From NCBI GenBank assembly GCA_963753345.1, contig CAVWBU010000016.1, positions 128,001-192,000 on the forward strand: a stretch of DNA of 64,000 nt, in the 5' to 3' direction. This document shows, in pieces, positions 9,837 to 19,133 of the stretch. Numbering within the stretch: the first letter of the stretch is position 1; the number at the start of each line of letters is the position of its first letter. The notes beneath the pieces were generated by a model, which searched no databases, had not been told where the DNA came from, and saw nothing but the letters and a program-made list of their open reading frames with translations. A program made the translations under genes and the position numbers. The DNA is from an uncultured Fibrobacterota bacterium (GTDB lineage Bacteria > Fibrobacterota > Chitinivibrionia > Chitinivibrionales > FEN-1185).

Positions 9837-10889
9837 TTACTTTGCGTAAACCGCTTTTCCGTCCTGCGCCTTGATCTGATCCGCCCAGGTTTTTTCCACT
9901 ATGTCAATAACCGCCTGCGGAATCGGAACATAGTCGAGTTCCTCGGCCATCTTCTGGCCGTTGGCATAGCACCATGCGAAAAAGTTCAAGGCTTCGAGGG
10001 CCCTGTCGGGTTTTTCCTGGGACGTGTGCATCAGGATGAAGCTTGCGCCCGTGATGGGCCAGCTCTCTTTGCCGGGCTGATCGGTGAGCACAAGGTAGAA
10101 GCCGGGGGCGTTCTTCCAATCTGCATGAGCTGCGGCCGACTGAAACGTGCCGCTGCTGGGATTAAGGAAACCGCCCTCGTGGGAAGCCAGCATGGTGTAG
10201 GCGAGCTTGTTCTGAAGCGCATAGGCATATTCCACGTACCCGATCGCGCCCGGCGTCTGTGCGGTAAAGTTCGCCACGCCTTCGTTGCCCTTGCCGCCGA
10301 TGCCCACCGGCCATTCGACAGAAGTGTTGTTGCCGACTTTGTCTGCCCAATCCTTACTCACTTTCATCAGGTAGTTCGTAAAAAGGAACGTCGTCCCCGA
10401 CCCGTCAGAACGGTGCACCACGGCAATGTCCTGAGCGGGAAGTTTTACGCCTTTGTTGAGCTTTACAATCGCCTTGTCGTTCCACTTCTTTATCGTGCCG
10501 AGATAAATATCTGCCAGGACCGCACCGGTAAGTTTCACTTCGCCGGCCTTTATTCCCTGGATGTTGACAACAGGAACCACGCCGCCCATAATCATGGGCC
10601 ACTGTACCAGGCCGTCCTCTTTGAGCTTGTCCGGCTTGAGCGGCATGTCGGATGCGCCGAAATCAACGGTCTTTGCCTCGATCTGCTTGATGCCGCCGCC
10701 CGAGCCGATGGACTGATAATTAAGGCTTATGTCCCTCTGCGCCTTGTAGGCCTCCGCCCACTTCGAATACACGGGATACGGAAACGTTGCGCCCGCTCCG
10801 GTGATTTCTCCCGCCGACGCGCTCAAAGGCATGGCCAGGCATGCCAGCGACAGCGCCAGACCACCAACCTTGACGATACGTGCCTTCAT
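9837..10889 (-). CDS. pstS: Phosphate-binding periplasmic protein PstS
   Basis: GAGATFPYP, GSGGGI, DFGASD, RSDGSGTT, GKGNEGV. Confidence 0.97.
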   Translation of the reverse strand: MKARIVKVGGLALSLACLAMPLSASAGEITGAGATFPYPVYSKWAEAYKAQRDISLNYQSIGSGGGIKQIEAKTVDFGASDMPLKPDKLKEDGLVQWPMIMGGVVPVVNIQGIKAGEVKLTGAVLADIYLGTIKKWNDKAIVKLNKGVKLPAQDIAVVHRSDGSGTTFLFTNYLMKVSKDWADKVGNNTSVEWPVGIGGKGNEGVANFTAQTPGAIGYVEYAYALQNKLAYTMLASHEGGFLNPSSGTFQSAAAHADWKNAPGFYLVLTDQPGKESWPITGASFILMHTSQEKPDRALEALNFFAWCYANGQKMAEELDYVPIPQAVIDIVEKTWADQIKAQDGKAVYAK

Positions 10890-10961
10890 GGCAGACTCCT
10901 TCTGTTAATGGTGAAACGTTAAACCGAATATGAATACAAAGGGTTTCCTGCTGACAATGGG

Positions 10962-11119
10962 TTGTTAGCATCCCGTGAGTGATGCCGCAGCCCTGTGTGA
11001 CGTTATGGCGTTCGCCGCCTAATGTGCCATTGGTTTCGCAATCATGGATTTTGCAGAACGCTAATAAAATCACTGGCAACCGTTATCGCACGATGTGGAA
11101 CCGATTAGTTTTTCGTTAG
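10962..11119 (-). promoter_or_regulatory. Putative Pho boxes upstream of pstS
   Basis: TGTTAG/CGTGAG/CCGCAG/TGTGAC with the conserved A at 10967, 10978, 10989, 11000; second pair GATTAG/CGTTAG at 11107/11118. Confidence 0.65.
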
Positions 11120-11175
11120 CGGAATTTCCAGCCGGCAACTGCGCCACGAACGAAAGACCCTTGGTCCCTTTTCGA

Positions 11176-11295
11176 GTAAAGAACCACGGCCATAGGCCGT
11201 GGCTTTGATGAGGGGGTGTAACCCCCGAAATCAAAGAAAAGCGCGTAAGCGCTTTGGCGTAACATTGTGCACCACGCCCATAGGGCGTGGTCTGT
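11176..11295. mobile_element. Palindromic miniature element (IS200/IS605-end-like or REPIN-like)
   Basis: Two related hairpins CCACGGCC-ATA-GGCCGTGG and ACCACGCCC-ATA-GGGCGTGGT enclosing two further hairpins. Confidence 0.55.
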
Positions 11296-11416
11296 TTTTG
11301 AGAAAACGCCGAAGGCTTTTCTCTACTGCTTGTCCACGCTGCACAAAATCAACAATGCACCTCTCCAGGATTTTGTGAACCGGACACCTCGGAAAGGACG
11401 ATTCCCGAACCTGCGA

Positions 11417-12079
11417 TCACTCGTAAATTGCGAAATGCTTTCCCCGGTATCTTGGCTGCCGCCATGCATTAATCCTGTCCGGAAAGTCGGAGACCACTCC
11501 GTCAATTTCCATTGCTTCCATGAGAAGAAATTCCTCTTCGCTGTTGACAACCCGCGCAACAACTTCCACGCCATGGTCGTGGCATTCCTCGACAAGTCCG
11601 GACGTCACATGGCTCTTGTCCACAAAAACGCAATGCGCCCCCATTTGCGCAGCATACTGTATCGCCACGAGGGGCGCCCCCAGAACAATGCAGCCGATGC
11701 GGATATTCGGATCGTAGCTTTGCACCGTCTTGACCATGGTGAAATCCTGGCTTGACACAATAAACTGCGCATACTTCCAGGTCCTGCGGAATATGGCATT
11801 GTGGATTTGCCGGACAACGTGTGACGCGGCCTGCGCTCCGCTTATGGTGATGTGGAGGCTTGTGCTGCCTTCCGCAATTCTTATCGCATTAGCAAGCAGG
11901 AATGTTCCGCGCAGTTCATCCGCAGGGGCCAGCAGGTGGGTATCGGGATCGACCGGCATGCAGCCTTCATCGCCCACATCCACACCCACCCAATCTGCAC
12001 CCGCATGCACCGACCTGACAACGCACGCAACCATATCGCCCGCTTCGGCGCAATTTGCAAAACATTGTAGCCGCGCCAT
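11417..12079 (-). CDS. Glycerophosphodiester phosphodiesterase-fold protein, degenerate active site
   Basis: GADWVGVDV, IVSSQDF, HGVEVVARVVN, IDGVVSDFPD match GDPD; the N-terminal AHRG motif is absent. Confidence 0.75.
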   Translation of the reverse strand: MARLQCFANCAEAGDMVACVVRSVHAGADWVGVDVGDEGCMPVDPDTHLLAPADELRGTFLLANAIRIAEGSTSLHITISGAQAASHVVRQIHNAIFRRTWKYAQFIVSSQDFTMVKTVQSYDPNIRIGCIVLGAPLVAIQYAAQMGAHCVFVDKSHVTSGLVEECHDHGVEVVARVVNSEEEFLLMEAMEIDGVVSDFPDRINAWRQPRYRGKHFAIYE

Positions 12080-12352
12080 GATGCATCCCCTGTTGTCAAG
12101 CTTAACGATCCATGAAAGCGCCGGCCAGCAGCCTCGTAAGGGTCGGACCGATATTGCCGCGCGCTTCGGCGGGCATGCGGGTTCCATGGGATTTGAAGAG
12201 CTTTGTGAAAAAATCGGCGCTTAATCCTGAAAGAAAAATGGAAGGGAAGGCAAGCACGGAGGTTTTATTGCGAGAGGAAGTGCTTGCCCCCCTTCGAAGA
12301 AGACGACTGCAGAGAATGCCCTGTTCGCGCACGCGCTGAAACCGGAGCATGA

Positions 12353-12715
12353 TCATTCCTGGAATGCGAGCGCGCCGCGCCTGCGACCCACCGTCGAACG
12401 CGCATAGTGGGGGTACATGACAAAGAGGTGTCCCGGATTGTCGCCGGCCTCGATTGGCACGTCGGTGAGCACGGACTGTGAAAACCCTTCACTTTCGGCA
12501 ATGAGCGAATACACCGCAGGGGACACGTTGATGATAACAAAGTTCCCGTTCCCGTCGGTGTATGCGAACCGGCCGGTCTCGCGAATCCACACACGGCTGT
12601 GCCCGATGCCGGTTCCGTCCATGTCAAGGACCTTGCCGCGAATGTGGCCGAGCCTCGGGTCCATGCCCGATGTTCCGCTGCTCAAGTCGGCATTGAAGGT
12701 GAAGACGTAATTCAT
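12353..12715 (-). CDS. Stand-alone carboxypeptidase-regulatory-like (transthyretin-fold) domain protein
   Basis: GHIRGKVLD...YTDGNGNFVI.NVSPAVYSL.AESEGF; GGAGG RBS; no signal peptide. Confidence 0.75.
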   Translation of the reverse strand: MNYVFTFNADLSSGTSGMDPRLGHIRGKVLDMDGTGIGHSRVWIRETGRFAYTDGNGNFVIINVSPAVYSLIAESEGFSQSVLTDVPIEAGDNPGHLFVMYPHYARSTVGRRRGALAFQE

Positions 12716-12760
12716 TGGTTCCTCCTTTTCTCTTTTTCCACCTATAAAAATGCCTTGCAG

Positions 12761-12800
12761 AAATTAGGCCGTTCTGAGGTCTTTGTTAGAAATTCGCAAG
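12761..12800 (-). promoter_or_regulatory. Putative Pho-box array
   Basis: AATTAG/TCTGAG/TGTTAG/CGCAAG, conserved A at 12766, 12777, 12788, 12799. Confidence 0.65.
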
Positions 12801-12913
12801 AAACCTCCACCAACCGCAACCGCTTGTGGTGCAAGCCGGTGCGTCATGGCGCGCAGGGCAAAAACCCTCTCGGGCACAAAGGCCGACCGCGCCACACCAC
12901 GCACCGCAATACA

Positions 12914-14122
12914 TTAATTCGTTTGCCCGTTTGCATGATCGGCATCCACGCGATGTTTCCCAAAAGCGGGAATCAGTTGCGAGGAAAAGAACGAAACGAG
13001 CGGCACCGTCAGAATAACGGCGATGCTGCCGCTAACGGCTTGAATGATGTAGATGGCGATCATATTGTTGTTTATCAACTGATAATACTTTACATTCCAG
13101 GAATAGAGCAGGATCAAAATATTGAGCGATGTTCCCGTGAAGGCGATAATAAGGGTATTTGCCATGGTACCCATCATGTCGCGCCCCACGTTCATGCCGG
13201 AATTGAACAACTCCTTGGCCCCCAGCCTGCTGTTACTTGCATGCACTTCACGCACCGAAGCTGCGATGGAAATGGCAATATCCATGATGGCGCCCAGCGA
13301 GGAGATAAGGATCGCCGCGAACAAAAGTTCGCCGGCCTTCATGTGCGTCTTTCCCGCAATCTGGATGAGCACGTCAGCCTCATTGGCGCTGAACCCTGAA
13401 AGGTGGGCGATTTTCAGGGCCGCCAGGAGAAAAAGCCCCGACGCCGCAACCCCGGCCATTGTGCCGAGAATGGCGGAAAAAGTCTTGGCGGTAAAACCTC
13501 CGAGCAGGACCAGCGTCACGCAAAGGCTCACCACCACCACGCCGATCGAAGCAAAGGCGGGAGAATAGCCCCGATACAGCATGGGAATAAAAAGGAAGAT
13601 GATACCCGTAAAGGTGAAAATGATTCCCAGAACGGATCTGACACCCCGGCTTCCACCAATGGCGCAGAGAACCGCGAAAAACAAAAGGACCAGCGCATAG
13701 AGGTAGAATTCCCTGTCGTAACTGTAAATCCAGGCATCGTAGGTATTCTTATTGGCGGTGTCGATGCAGACGATTACCCTGGTGCCGGCCCTCGCTCTCA
13801 CATTAATGGAGTAGTTGAGCGTGTTCCGGGCAGATATTACCTCGCCTTTGTGCTCGCCGGTGAGAACCTTGATTTTAAGTGCCTGAAACCCCACGTCCAG
13901 ATCGGTGGTTTTATCTCTTGTCAATGCTTCTTTCTCCACCGCCATAACGCGCGCTTTTTCATACCGGACATAGGCGCCGGAAGCCGAGCTGTACAAATGA
14001 GGGATTCGCGTCTGGTGGTTAAAAAGGAATATCAGACCCAGATAAATCGCCAACGCCGCGCATCCGGCAAGCGTTCGCACAATCTTACTGTTTGTTAACT
14101 TTTTTATTGTCAGGTTGATCAT
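12914..14122 (-). CDS. YibE/F family membrane protein
   Basis: ISSLGAIMDIAISIA, SGMNVGRDMMGTMANTLIIAFTG. Confidence 0.9.
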   Translation of the reverse strand: MINLTIKKLTNSKIVRTLAGCAALAIYLGLIFLFNHQTRIPHLYSSASGAYVRYEKARVMAVEKEALTRDKTTDLDVGFQALKIKVLTGEHKGEVISARNTLNYSINVRARAGTRVIVCIDTANKNTYDAWIYSYDREFYLYALVLLFFAVLCAIGGSRGVRSVLGIIFTFTGIIFLFIPMLYRGYSPAFASIGVVVVSLCVTLVLLGGFTAKTFSAILGTMAGVAASGLFLLAALKIAHLSGFSANEADVLIQIAGKTHMKAGELLFAAILISSLGAIMDIAISIAASVREVHASNSRLGAKELFNSGMNVGRDMMGTMANTLIIAFTGTSLNILILLYSWNVKYYQLINNNMIAIYIIQAVSGSIAVILTVPLVSFFSSQLIPAFGKHRVDADHANGQTN

Positions 14123-14156
14123 TCTTCGTTCTTTGCGCCGCCATTGCGCGTCTAAG

Positions 14157-14189
14157 CAATAATCCACCCGCGCAGCAGGTGGATTATTG
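14157..14189. terminator. Intergenic hairpin between phosphatase and YibE/F genes
   Basis: CAATAATCCACC...GGTGGATTATTG 12-bp stem. Confidence 0.5.
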
Positions 14190-14204
14190 CCGAGAAATAA
14201 GTAA

Positions 14205-15851
14205 TCAGGGCTGGATCAACGCCAACGGCAGGTTCCCTCTGTGAGGCCCACTGATCCTGAGCAGGTAAAAGCCGGAGCGCAGAGATCCCGACAAAGGAAC
14301 CTGTTGTGCGCTGCCCGTAAAGACTCTTTTCCCCAGATCCATCACCTTTGCGCCAGAAGCGCTGAAGATTTCGAGGCGGGCCGTTCCCTCCAATCCCTCG
14401 ACCATCAAGAATCCTTGGAACAAACGGGCAGCCAGAGACACACCGAGCCGGCCGGCCTTGGAGGTCGGCATGGCCTTGACAGAACCATTCTTGATAATGG
14501 TGTAGCTGTCGATCGGCGCTGCCTGATTGCTTGCGTTGATCGCGTAGGTGACGATGGAAAACGTATCGCTGTGGATCTTGACGCAGGAGAATGTCGGCTC
14601 GTTCTGCTGCCAGTAGAATGCAGAGTATACCGGGAGGGTTGTATCCCCGTTTACCACGAACGATGAGTTGATCGGGTAGAATTTGCTGCCGCTTCCGGAA
14701 TTAAGGGTCATGTAAAGGGTACCCTGGGGATTTACGGTTTTATTTGTTTCCCCGGTTCTCGACACGGGCAGTCCTCCGAGCATCTGGTACGACCTGTTGT
14801 AGGTGTGGTCGTGACCCGACATGACAACGTCGATGCCATACTTGTCAAAAACCGGCGGATACGCGCTCCTTCTGAATAGAATATCGGCGTCCAAAGCGTG
14901 ATCTGCATCGCTGTATAAAGAATGATGGAAGTTCACGATTTTCCACATGGTCTTCGGGTTGAGCGCTATGGCCTGGCCGATAAAGACATCGTGCGTCGCG
15001 GCGCTTTGGGTGTTGCTGTTGATCACCATGAACAGGGTGTTGCCATAGGTAAACCAATAGTCGCCGTCGTTTCCGTATGCGGTGGCTCCGTCCTGCGCCG
15101 ACTGGTTGGGCAGGTTATAGTGGTACCCGTAATAATGGCCAAGACCGTAGTCATGGTTTCCGTCTATTGTGGCGACGGGGAGGCCAAGCAATTGCGGCGG
15201 GCTGAAGTAGCCGTTGTACTGCGGATCGTCACCCGCTTGCGACGTTGTATTATCGATCTGATCGCCGAGTGAAAGCATAAAGCTGGCATTTGAAACCGAT
15301 TGCGTTGCGACGGCAACTGCATTCTGCCAGCCGAGAGTGTCGTAACCAAGAACGTCGCTCGCTTGCGCGGGGGGTTCGAGCGCACCGCCCGTTGAAGCAC
15401 CGATCTGCGGATCGCCCACCGCGATGATGGTGAAGGATCCGGTGTCTCTGGTCTGGATCGTGTGAAAATCGCTCCACGTCGAGTCGTGGCCGACGCGGTA
15501 CGTGTAACTGGTGGAAAGCGCAAGCCCGGTCACCGTCACCTTGTTCTGATACCATCCGGCCAAAATGACTCCCGCGGTTGAATCATAGAGCGCTTGAGAC
15601 GACATGTTGCCGGTGAATTTCGCAGTATCGCCGCCGCTTGTTTTGACGATTTGAACCGCGGGCGTGTGAGGCGCAGCAGTTGCCCAGGAGAAGCAAAGCT
15701 GCGAGGCATCGCTGCCCGGAGTGATGTTGAGCCAGGAATTGGGGACGTGCACTCCATCGGGAACGCCCGCAATCGCGGGTGCTAATGAAAGCAAAACTAT
15801 CGCCAGTGGCGCCAGCAGTAACTTCCTGCATTTTCCGAGTTTGATAGACAT
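14205..15851 (-). CDS. Secreted purple acid phosphatase-type metallophosphoesterase with T9SS-like C-terminal domain
   Basis: FN3-like N-domain, GDPQ, LGDQ, GNHD, FHH, SGHDH; tail LEIFSASGAKV...SGFYLLRI. Confidence 0.88.
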   Translation of the reverse strand: MSIKLGKCRKLLLAPLAIVLLSLAPAIAGVPDGVHVPNSWLNITPGSDASQLCFSWATAAPHTPAVQIVKTSGGDTAKFTGNMSSQALYDSTAGVILAGWYQNKVTVTGLALSTSYTYRVGHDSTWSDFHTIQTRDTGSFTIIAVGDPQIGASTGGALEPPAQASDVLGYDTLGWQNAVAVATQSVSNASFMLSLGDQIDNTTSQAGDDPQYNGYFSPPQLLGLPVATIDGNHDYGLGHYYGYHYNLPNQSAQDGATAYGNDGDYWFTYGNTLFMVINSNTQSAATHDVFIGQAIALNPKTMWKIVNFHHSLYSDADHALDADILFRRSAYPPVFDKYGIDVVMSGHDHTYNRSYQMLGGLPVSRTGETNKTVNPQGTLYMTLNSGSGSKFYPINSSFVVNGDTTLPVYSAFYWQQNEPTFSCVKIHSDTFSIVTYAINASNQAAPIDSYTIIKNGSVKAMPTSKAGRLGVSLAARLFQGFLMVEGLEGTARLEIFSASGAKVMDLGKRVFTGSAQQVPLSGSLRSGFYLLRISGPHRGNLPLALIQP

Positions 15852-16183
15852 GGGTTTCTCTCCTTCATGAAATTTCTTTTTGTCCTAGGATGATTTTCGC
15901 AATACAAAATTTGTCAAATGAGCTTCAAACTATTGAAATGACCGTTTGTCTGCGAACCAGACCATTTTTTTTGCAAGACCGTATTGCTGCAACGTGCTGG
16001 AATAATTCCTCCTTTTCCTGAAACCTTGCAACGAATTTCGACTCCACATCGATGTTTCGCATCAACCACCTCCTCCTTGCTTTGTTGCCTTGCAACAAAA
16101 TGTTTCGTGTTTCCCCAACATATCACCGGACCGACGATGTCGGCATTACCTCACCTTGTGCCGCGTTAAAATATCGCAGGCAG

Positions 16184-16224
16184 GAATTAGAACGTGGTGT
16201 CAATCCGGTTATTTGTTTGTTAGG
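16184..16224 (-). promoter_or_regulatory. Putative Pho boxes upstream of the phosphatase
   Basis: AATTAG/GGTTAT/TGTTAG, A at 16189, 16211, 16222 (multiples of 11). Confidence 0.5.
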
Positions 16225-16304
16225 AGACCGGCGTCGCGCTTTAGTTGTATTTGTCAATTATGATAAGAGTAGTGACGGGCTTTTGTCCGGGAAACAGGGC
16301 AAGA

Positions 16305-17186
16305 CTATACTGAGGAAACCGGATACATTTCCTGCGAAGAATTCTGCAGCCCACGCGGCGGTTCGAGGAAACACGAGAGCTCTTTGTCCTGGATCAGAAG
16401 CATCTCCCGCGCCGCCGGCCGCTGCGACCGGCATTCAGCGTCAACAGCGGTTTCCATTTTCTTGAGGTCAACGGGGAAAAGCTCGGCGGCCAGTCGGCAG
16501 CATTGCGCCGCTGTTTCATGCCTGACGCGGGAGAAAAACGGCGTTTCGCCGGGGATAAGACACGATGAGAACCCCTCGTCGTACGGAATGGAAAAAGGCA
16601 CCACCCGGCCGGGATAGCGCTTCTGCAGAGCGGCAAGCGGACCGGCCGGGTTGGGCAACTCCCGGAGGTAATTCGGGACAATCTTCCACTTCATCTTTGA
16701 ACCCAGTGCCGACGAAAGTTTTTCAAGGCTTCGAAGTGACGGCATACAAAGATCGGTGGGAACGCATATTTCATCCGCGGCACGAAGCGAGATCTCCTGA
16801 ACGCGGCCCATGCCCGGCGGCGTGTCGATTATCACAAAATCGTAGGCAGCTTCCAGATTGAAAAACCTGAACCGCTTCCTGAGGTGTTCCGGATCGGAAG
16901 TGCCTCTGTCGCACCAAGCCGTGGACAAAGCAGCAGCGTCGAGGTTCGGTGCCGCATTCTTTCTTATGACCCGTTCAAGGATGCCGGACGCGCAGACCTT
17001 TGAGGTCCGCAGCGACGGCTCCTCCCTTTCCGCTCCACCCATCGCATCGGACAAATGGTTCTGGCAGGAGTCCATGTCCACGGCCAAGACGCGGTATCCG
17101 GCAAGGGCCAGCAGGCGGCACATCATGAGACCCAGGGCAGTCTTTCCTGTGCCACCTTTATAATGGAATAGGGTGACGGTTTTCAT
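16305..17186 (-). CDS. Orphan ParA/Soj-family ATPase
   Basis: KGGTGKT deviant Walker A, VLAVDMD, YDFVIIDTPP. Confidence 0.88.
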   Translation of the reverse strand: MKTVTLFHYKGGTGKTALGLMMCRLLALAGYRVLAVDMDSCQNHLSDAMGGAEREEPSLRTSKVCASGILERVIRKNAAPNLDAAALSTAWCDRGTSDPEHLRKRFRFFNLEAAYDFVIIDTPPGMGRVQEISLRAADEICVPTDLCMPSLRSLEKLSSALGSKMKWKIVPNYLRELPNPAGPLAALQKRYPGRVVPFSIPYDEGFSSCLIPGETPFFSRVRHETAAQCCRLAAELFPVDLKKMETAVDAECRSQRPAAREMLLIQDKELSCFLEPPRGLQNSSQEMYPVSSV

Positions 17187-17267
17187 GGTGCTCAATTGTT
17201 TTTACATTGCGGTGAAGAACTTTTTTCACAACGTATGGTTGCAATATAGACGAACAAAAATGTTTAT

Positions 17268-17460
17268 CCATGAGATTCTTATTAGAATTCTGCGAGACAG
17301 GGCTACAGGGCTGTTTGGGAAGTACTTTGAGAAGCTAAAGAGGATAATTGCACCGCTCGTAACCATTATGGAGGCAAATAGAATTAATAAGGCGGCAGAT
17401 TAAAATGATACCTGATTAACCTCAACCAATTTCTAACAAAACCCTTACTAAATCATCATA
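17268..17460. promoter_or_regulatory. Divergent promoter region with two putative Pho-box arrays
   Basis: Towards parA: CATGAG/TATTAG/TGCGAG (A at 17273, 17284, 17295). Towards DUF2934: CTAACA/CTTACT/ATCATA at 17433, 17444, 17455. Confidence 0.55.
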
Positions 17461-17563
17461 CATCCAGGATATTTTAAAATCGCGGTACTTAAAATAAGGA
17501 TTTTTCAATAAAAAATATTGAAAAATTCTGCACACAAACAATTATTCTCAAAAGAGGTACGAC

Positions 17564-17770
17564 ATGGCTACCAAACAAAGAATCAGCATTAAACTTGTTC
17601 CTTCCCGGAAGCCAGACATTTCCGGCGATCCTGACCAATTAAAAGCTGAAATTGAAAAGCGTGCCAAGGAAATTTTTCTCAAGCGTCAGAAATCACAGAT
17701 GCCGGGAGATGAGCTTTCCGATTGGCTTCTGGCGGAAAAAGAGGTAGCATCGAAGGCTCTTGCATCCTGA
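17564..17770 (+). CDS. DUF2934 domain small protein
   Basis: IEKRAKEIF...PGDELSDWLLAEKEV pattern; GAGG RBS. Confidence 0.8.
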   Translation: MATKQRISIKLVPSRKPDISGDPDQLKAEIEKRAKEIFLKRQKSQMPGDELSDWLLAEKEVASKALAS

Positions 17771-17928
17771 AATAATCCGGACTTCAAAGGGATCAATAGC
17801 AGACATGCCTTTTTGTCCTATCGAAAGCGGCCCTGTAGCGCGGATGGCGCTCCACTGGACACCGGACGGGCGCATGCTTTACATTCGCCCCATACCTTAC
17901 CATTTCTTCTGCTGAAAGGAAAATAGCC

Positions 17929-18549
17929 ATGGACGAAAAAAATGCCCTTTCGTCATTCCCGTACGTAAAGCTTTCGATCCCCCATTCTCCCACATCCAAC
18001 CGGTTGACCGCGTTTTTCAGGATATTCTGCGCTCTCCCGGTCATGGTCTTACTTGTCTTATTGTCCGGTTTTCACACAAAGGATGTTTCCTGGGCGGCGC
18101 CCGGCACCCTGGTTCTGCCGACCCTCCTTGTAATTTTGTTCAGAAAGAAGTATCCGCAGTGGTGGTTCGACTGGAATGTTGCATTGACAAAATTCTCAAT
18201 GAGGGTCATGGCCTACCTTTTATTGCTACGCGACGAGTATCCCGCGCTGTCGGAAGAACAATCCGTCATCGTGGAATTAATGTATCCCGACGCTTCAAAA
18301 GACCTGTCCAGGGGAATGCCGCTCGTGAAATGGTTTCTTGCAATTCCCCACCTGATAATTCTGGCATTTCTGTGCATTGCCGCAATTCTCGTATCGATCA
18401 TAGCCTGGTTTGCGATACTCTTTACAGGCAGGTATCCCGCCAAAATCCATGAATTCGTGGTTGGGGTTGCGAGATGGGGATTGCGGGTAAACGCATACGC
18501 TTTTTTACTTATTACGGATGAATATCCGCCATTTACGTTGTCGGAATAA
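17929..18549 (+). CDS. DUF4389 membrane protein
   Basis: Duplicated LF..RYP...F....R...RV.AY..LL.DEYP repeat. Confidence 0.85.
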   Translation: MDEKNALSSFPYVKLSIPHSPTSNRLTAFFRIFCALPVMVLLVLLSGFHTKDVSWAAPGTLVLPTLLVILFRKKYPQWWFDWNVALTKFSMRVMAYLLLLRDEYPALSEEQSVIVELMYPDASKDLSRGMPLVKWFLAIPHLIILAFLCIAAILVSIIAWFAILFTGRYPAKIHEFVVGVARWGLRVNAYAFLLITDEYPPFTLSE

Positions 18550-18595
18550 ATCACAAAGGTATGGCGGGCCAACTAGATATATAGGGAGAAAATGG

Positions 18596-18898
18596 ATGGA
18601 TATCGAATCACCATGGTATTTGAAGAAGTCGCCTTTGGGTGCGGCATATCAACATTTTTCAAGCGTTGCCGGGAGCGAAACAGTCCTCAATGCAAAGACG
18701 AAGGAACTGATCCGGTTGGCCATCGCGTCGGTATTTAGATGCAACCATTGCACCGAGCATCATATCAAGGATGCGCTTGAAGCTGGTGCCACAAAGGAGG
18801 AGATAGCTGAATCGTTGCTTCTCGCTTCGCTGCAATCCGCCGGAACCCAGCTCAATTGGAATAAAGAACTATTTGAAAAATATCTGGGCGATACATAA
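18596..18898 (+). CDS. Carboxymuconolactone decarboxylase/AhpD family protein
   Basis: KTKELIRLAIASVFRCNHCTEHH...GATKEEIAE. Confidence 0.88.
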   Translation: MDIESPWYLKKSPLGAAYQHFSSVAGSETVLNAKTKELIRLAIASVFRCNHCTEHHIKDALEAGATKEEIAESLLLASLQSAGTQLNWNKELFEKYLGDT

Positions 18899-19032
18899 AT
18901 CAACGATGACGGGGTTGGGTTCGGAACTCCACTCGTGTCCCACCGATAGTAAAACACCCGCTTTGCCGGGCGAAAAACCACCATTCTCGTTGTGACGAGC
19001 CGAATGGCAAAACCCTTTGTCCACACAAAGAA

Positions 19033-19082
19033 CTAAACGTATTCCAACACTCGCGTAACAATCGGCGGCTATCTTTCTAGCA
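19033..19082 (+). promoter_or_regulatory. Putative Pho-box array upstream of PHP-GT4 gene
   Basis: CTAAAC/CCAACA/GTAACA at 19033, 19044, 19055; CTAGCA at 19077. Confidence 0.6.
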
Positions 19083-19133
19083 AGCAATTGGCAAATGGCA
19101 ACGAACCGTTTATCCGCCACCGGGAGGTTGACA

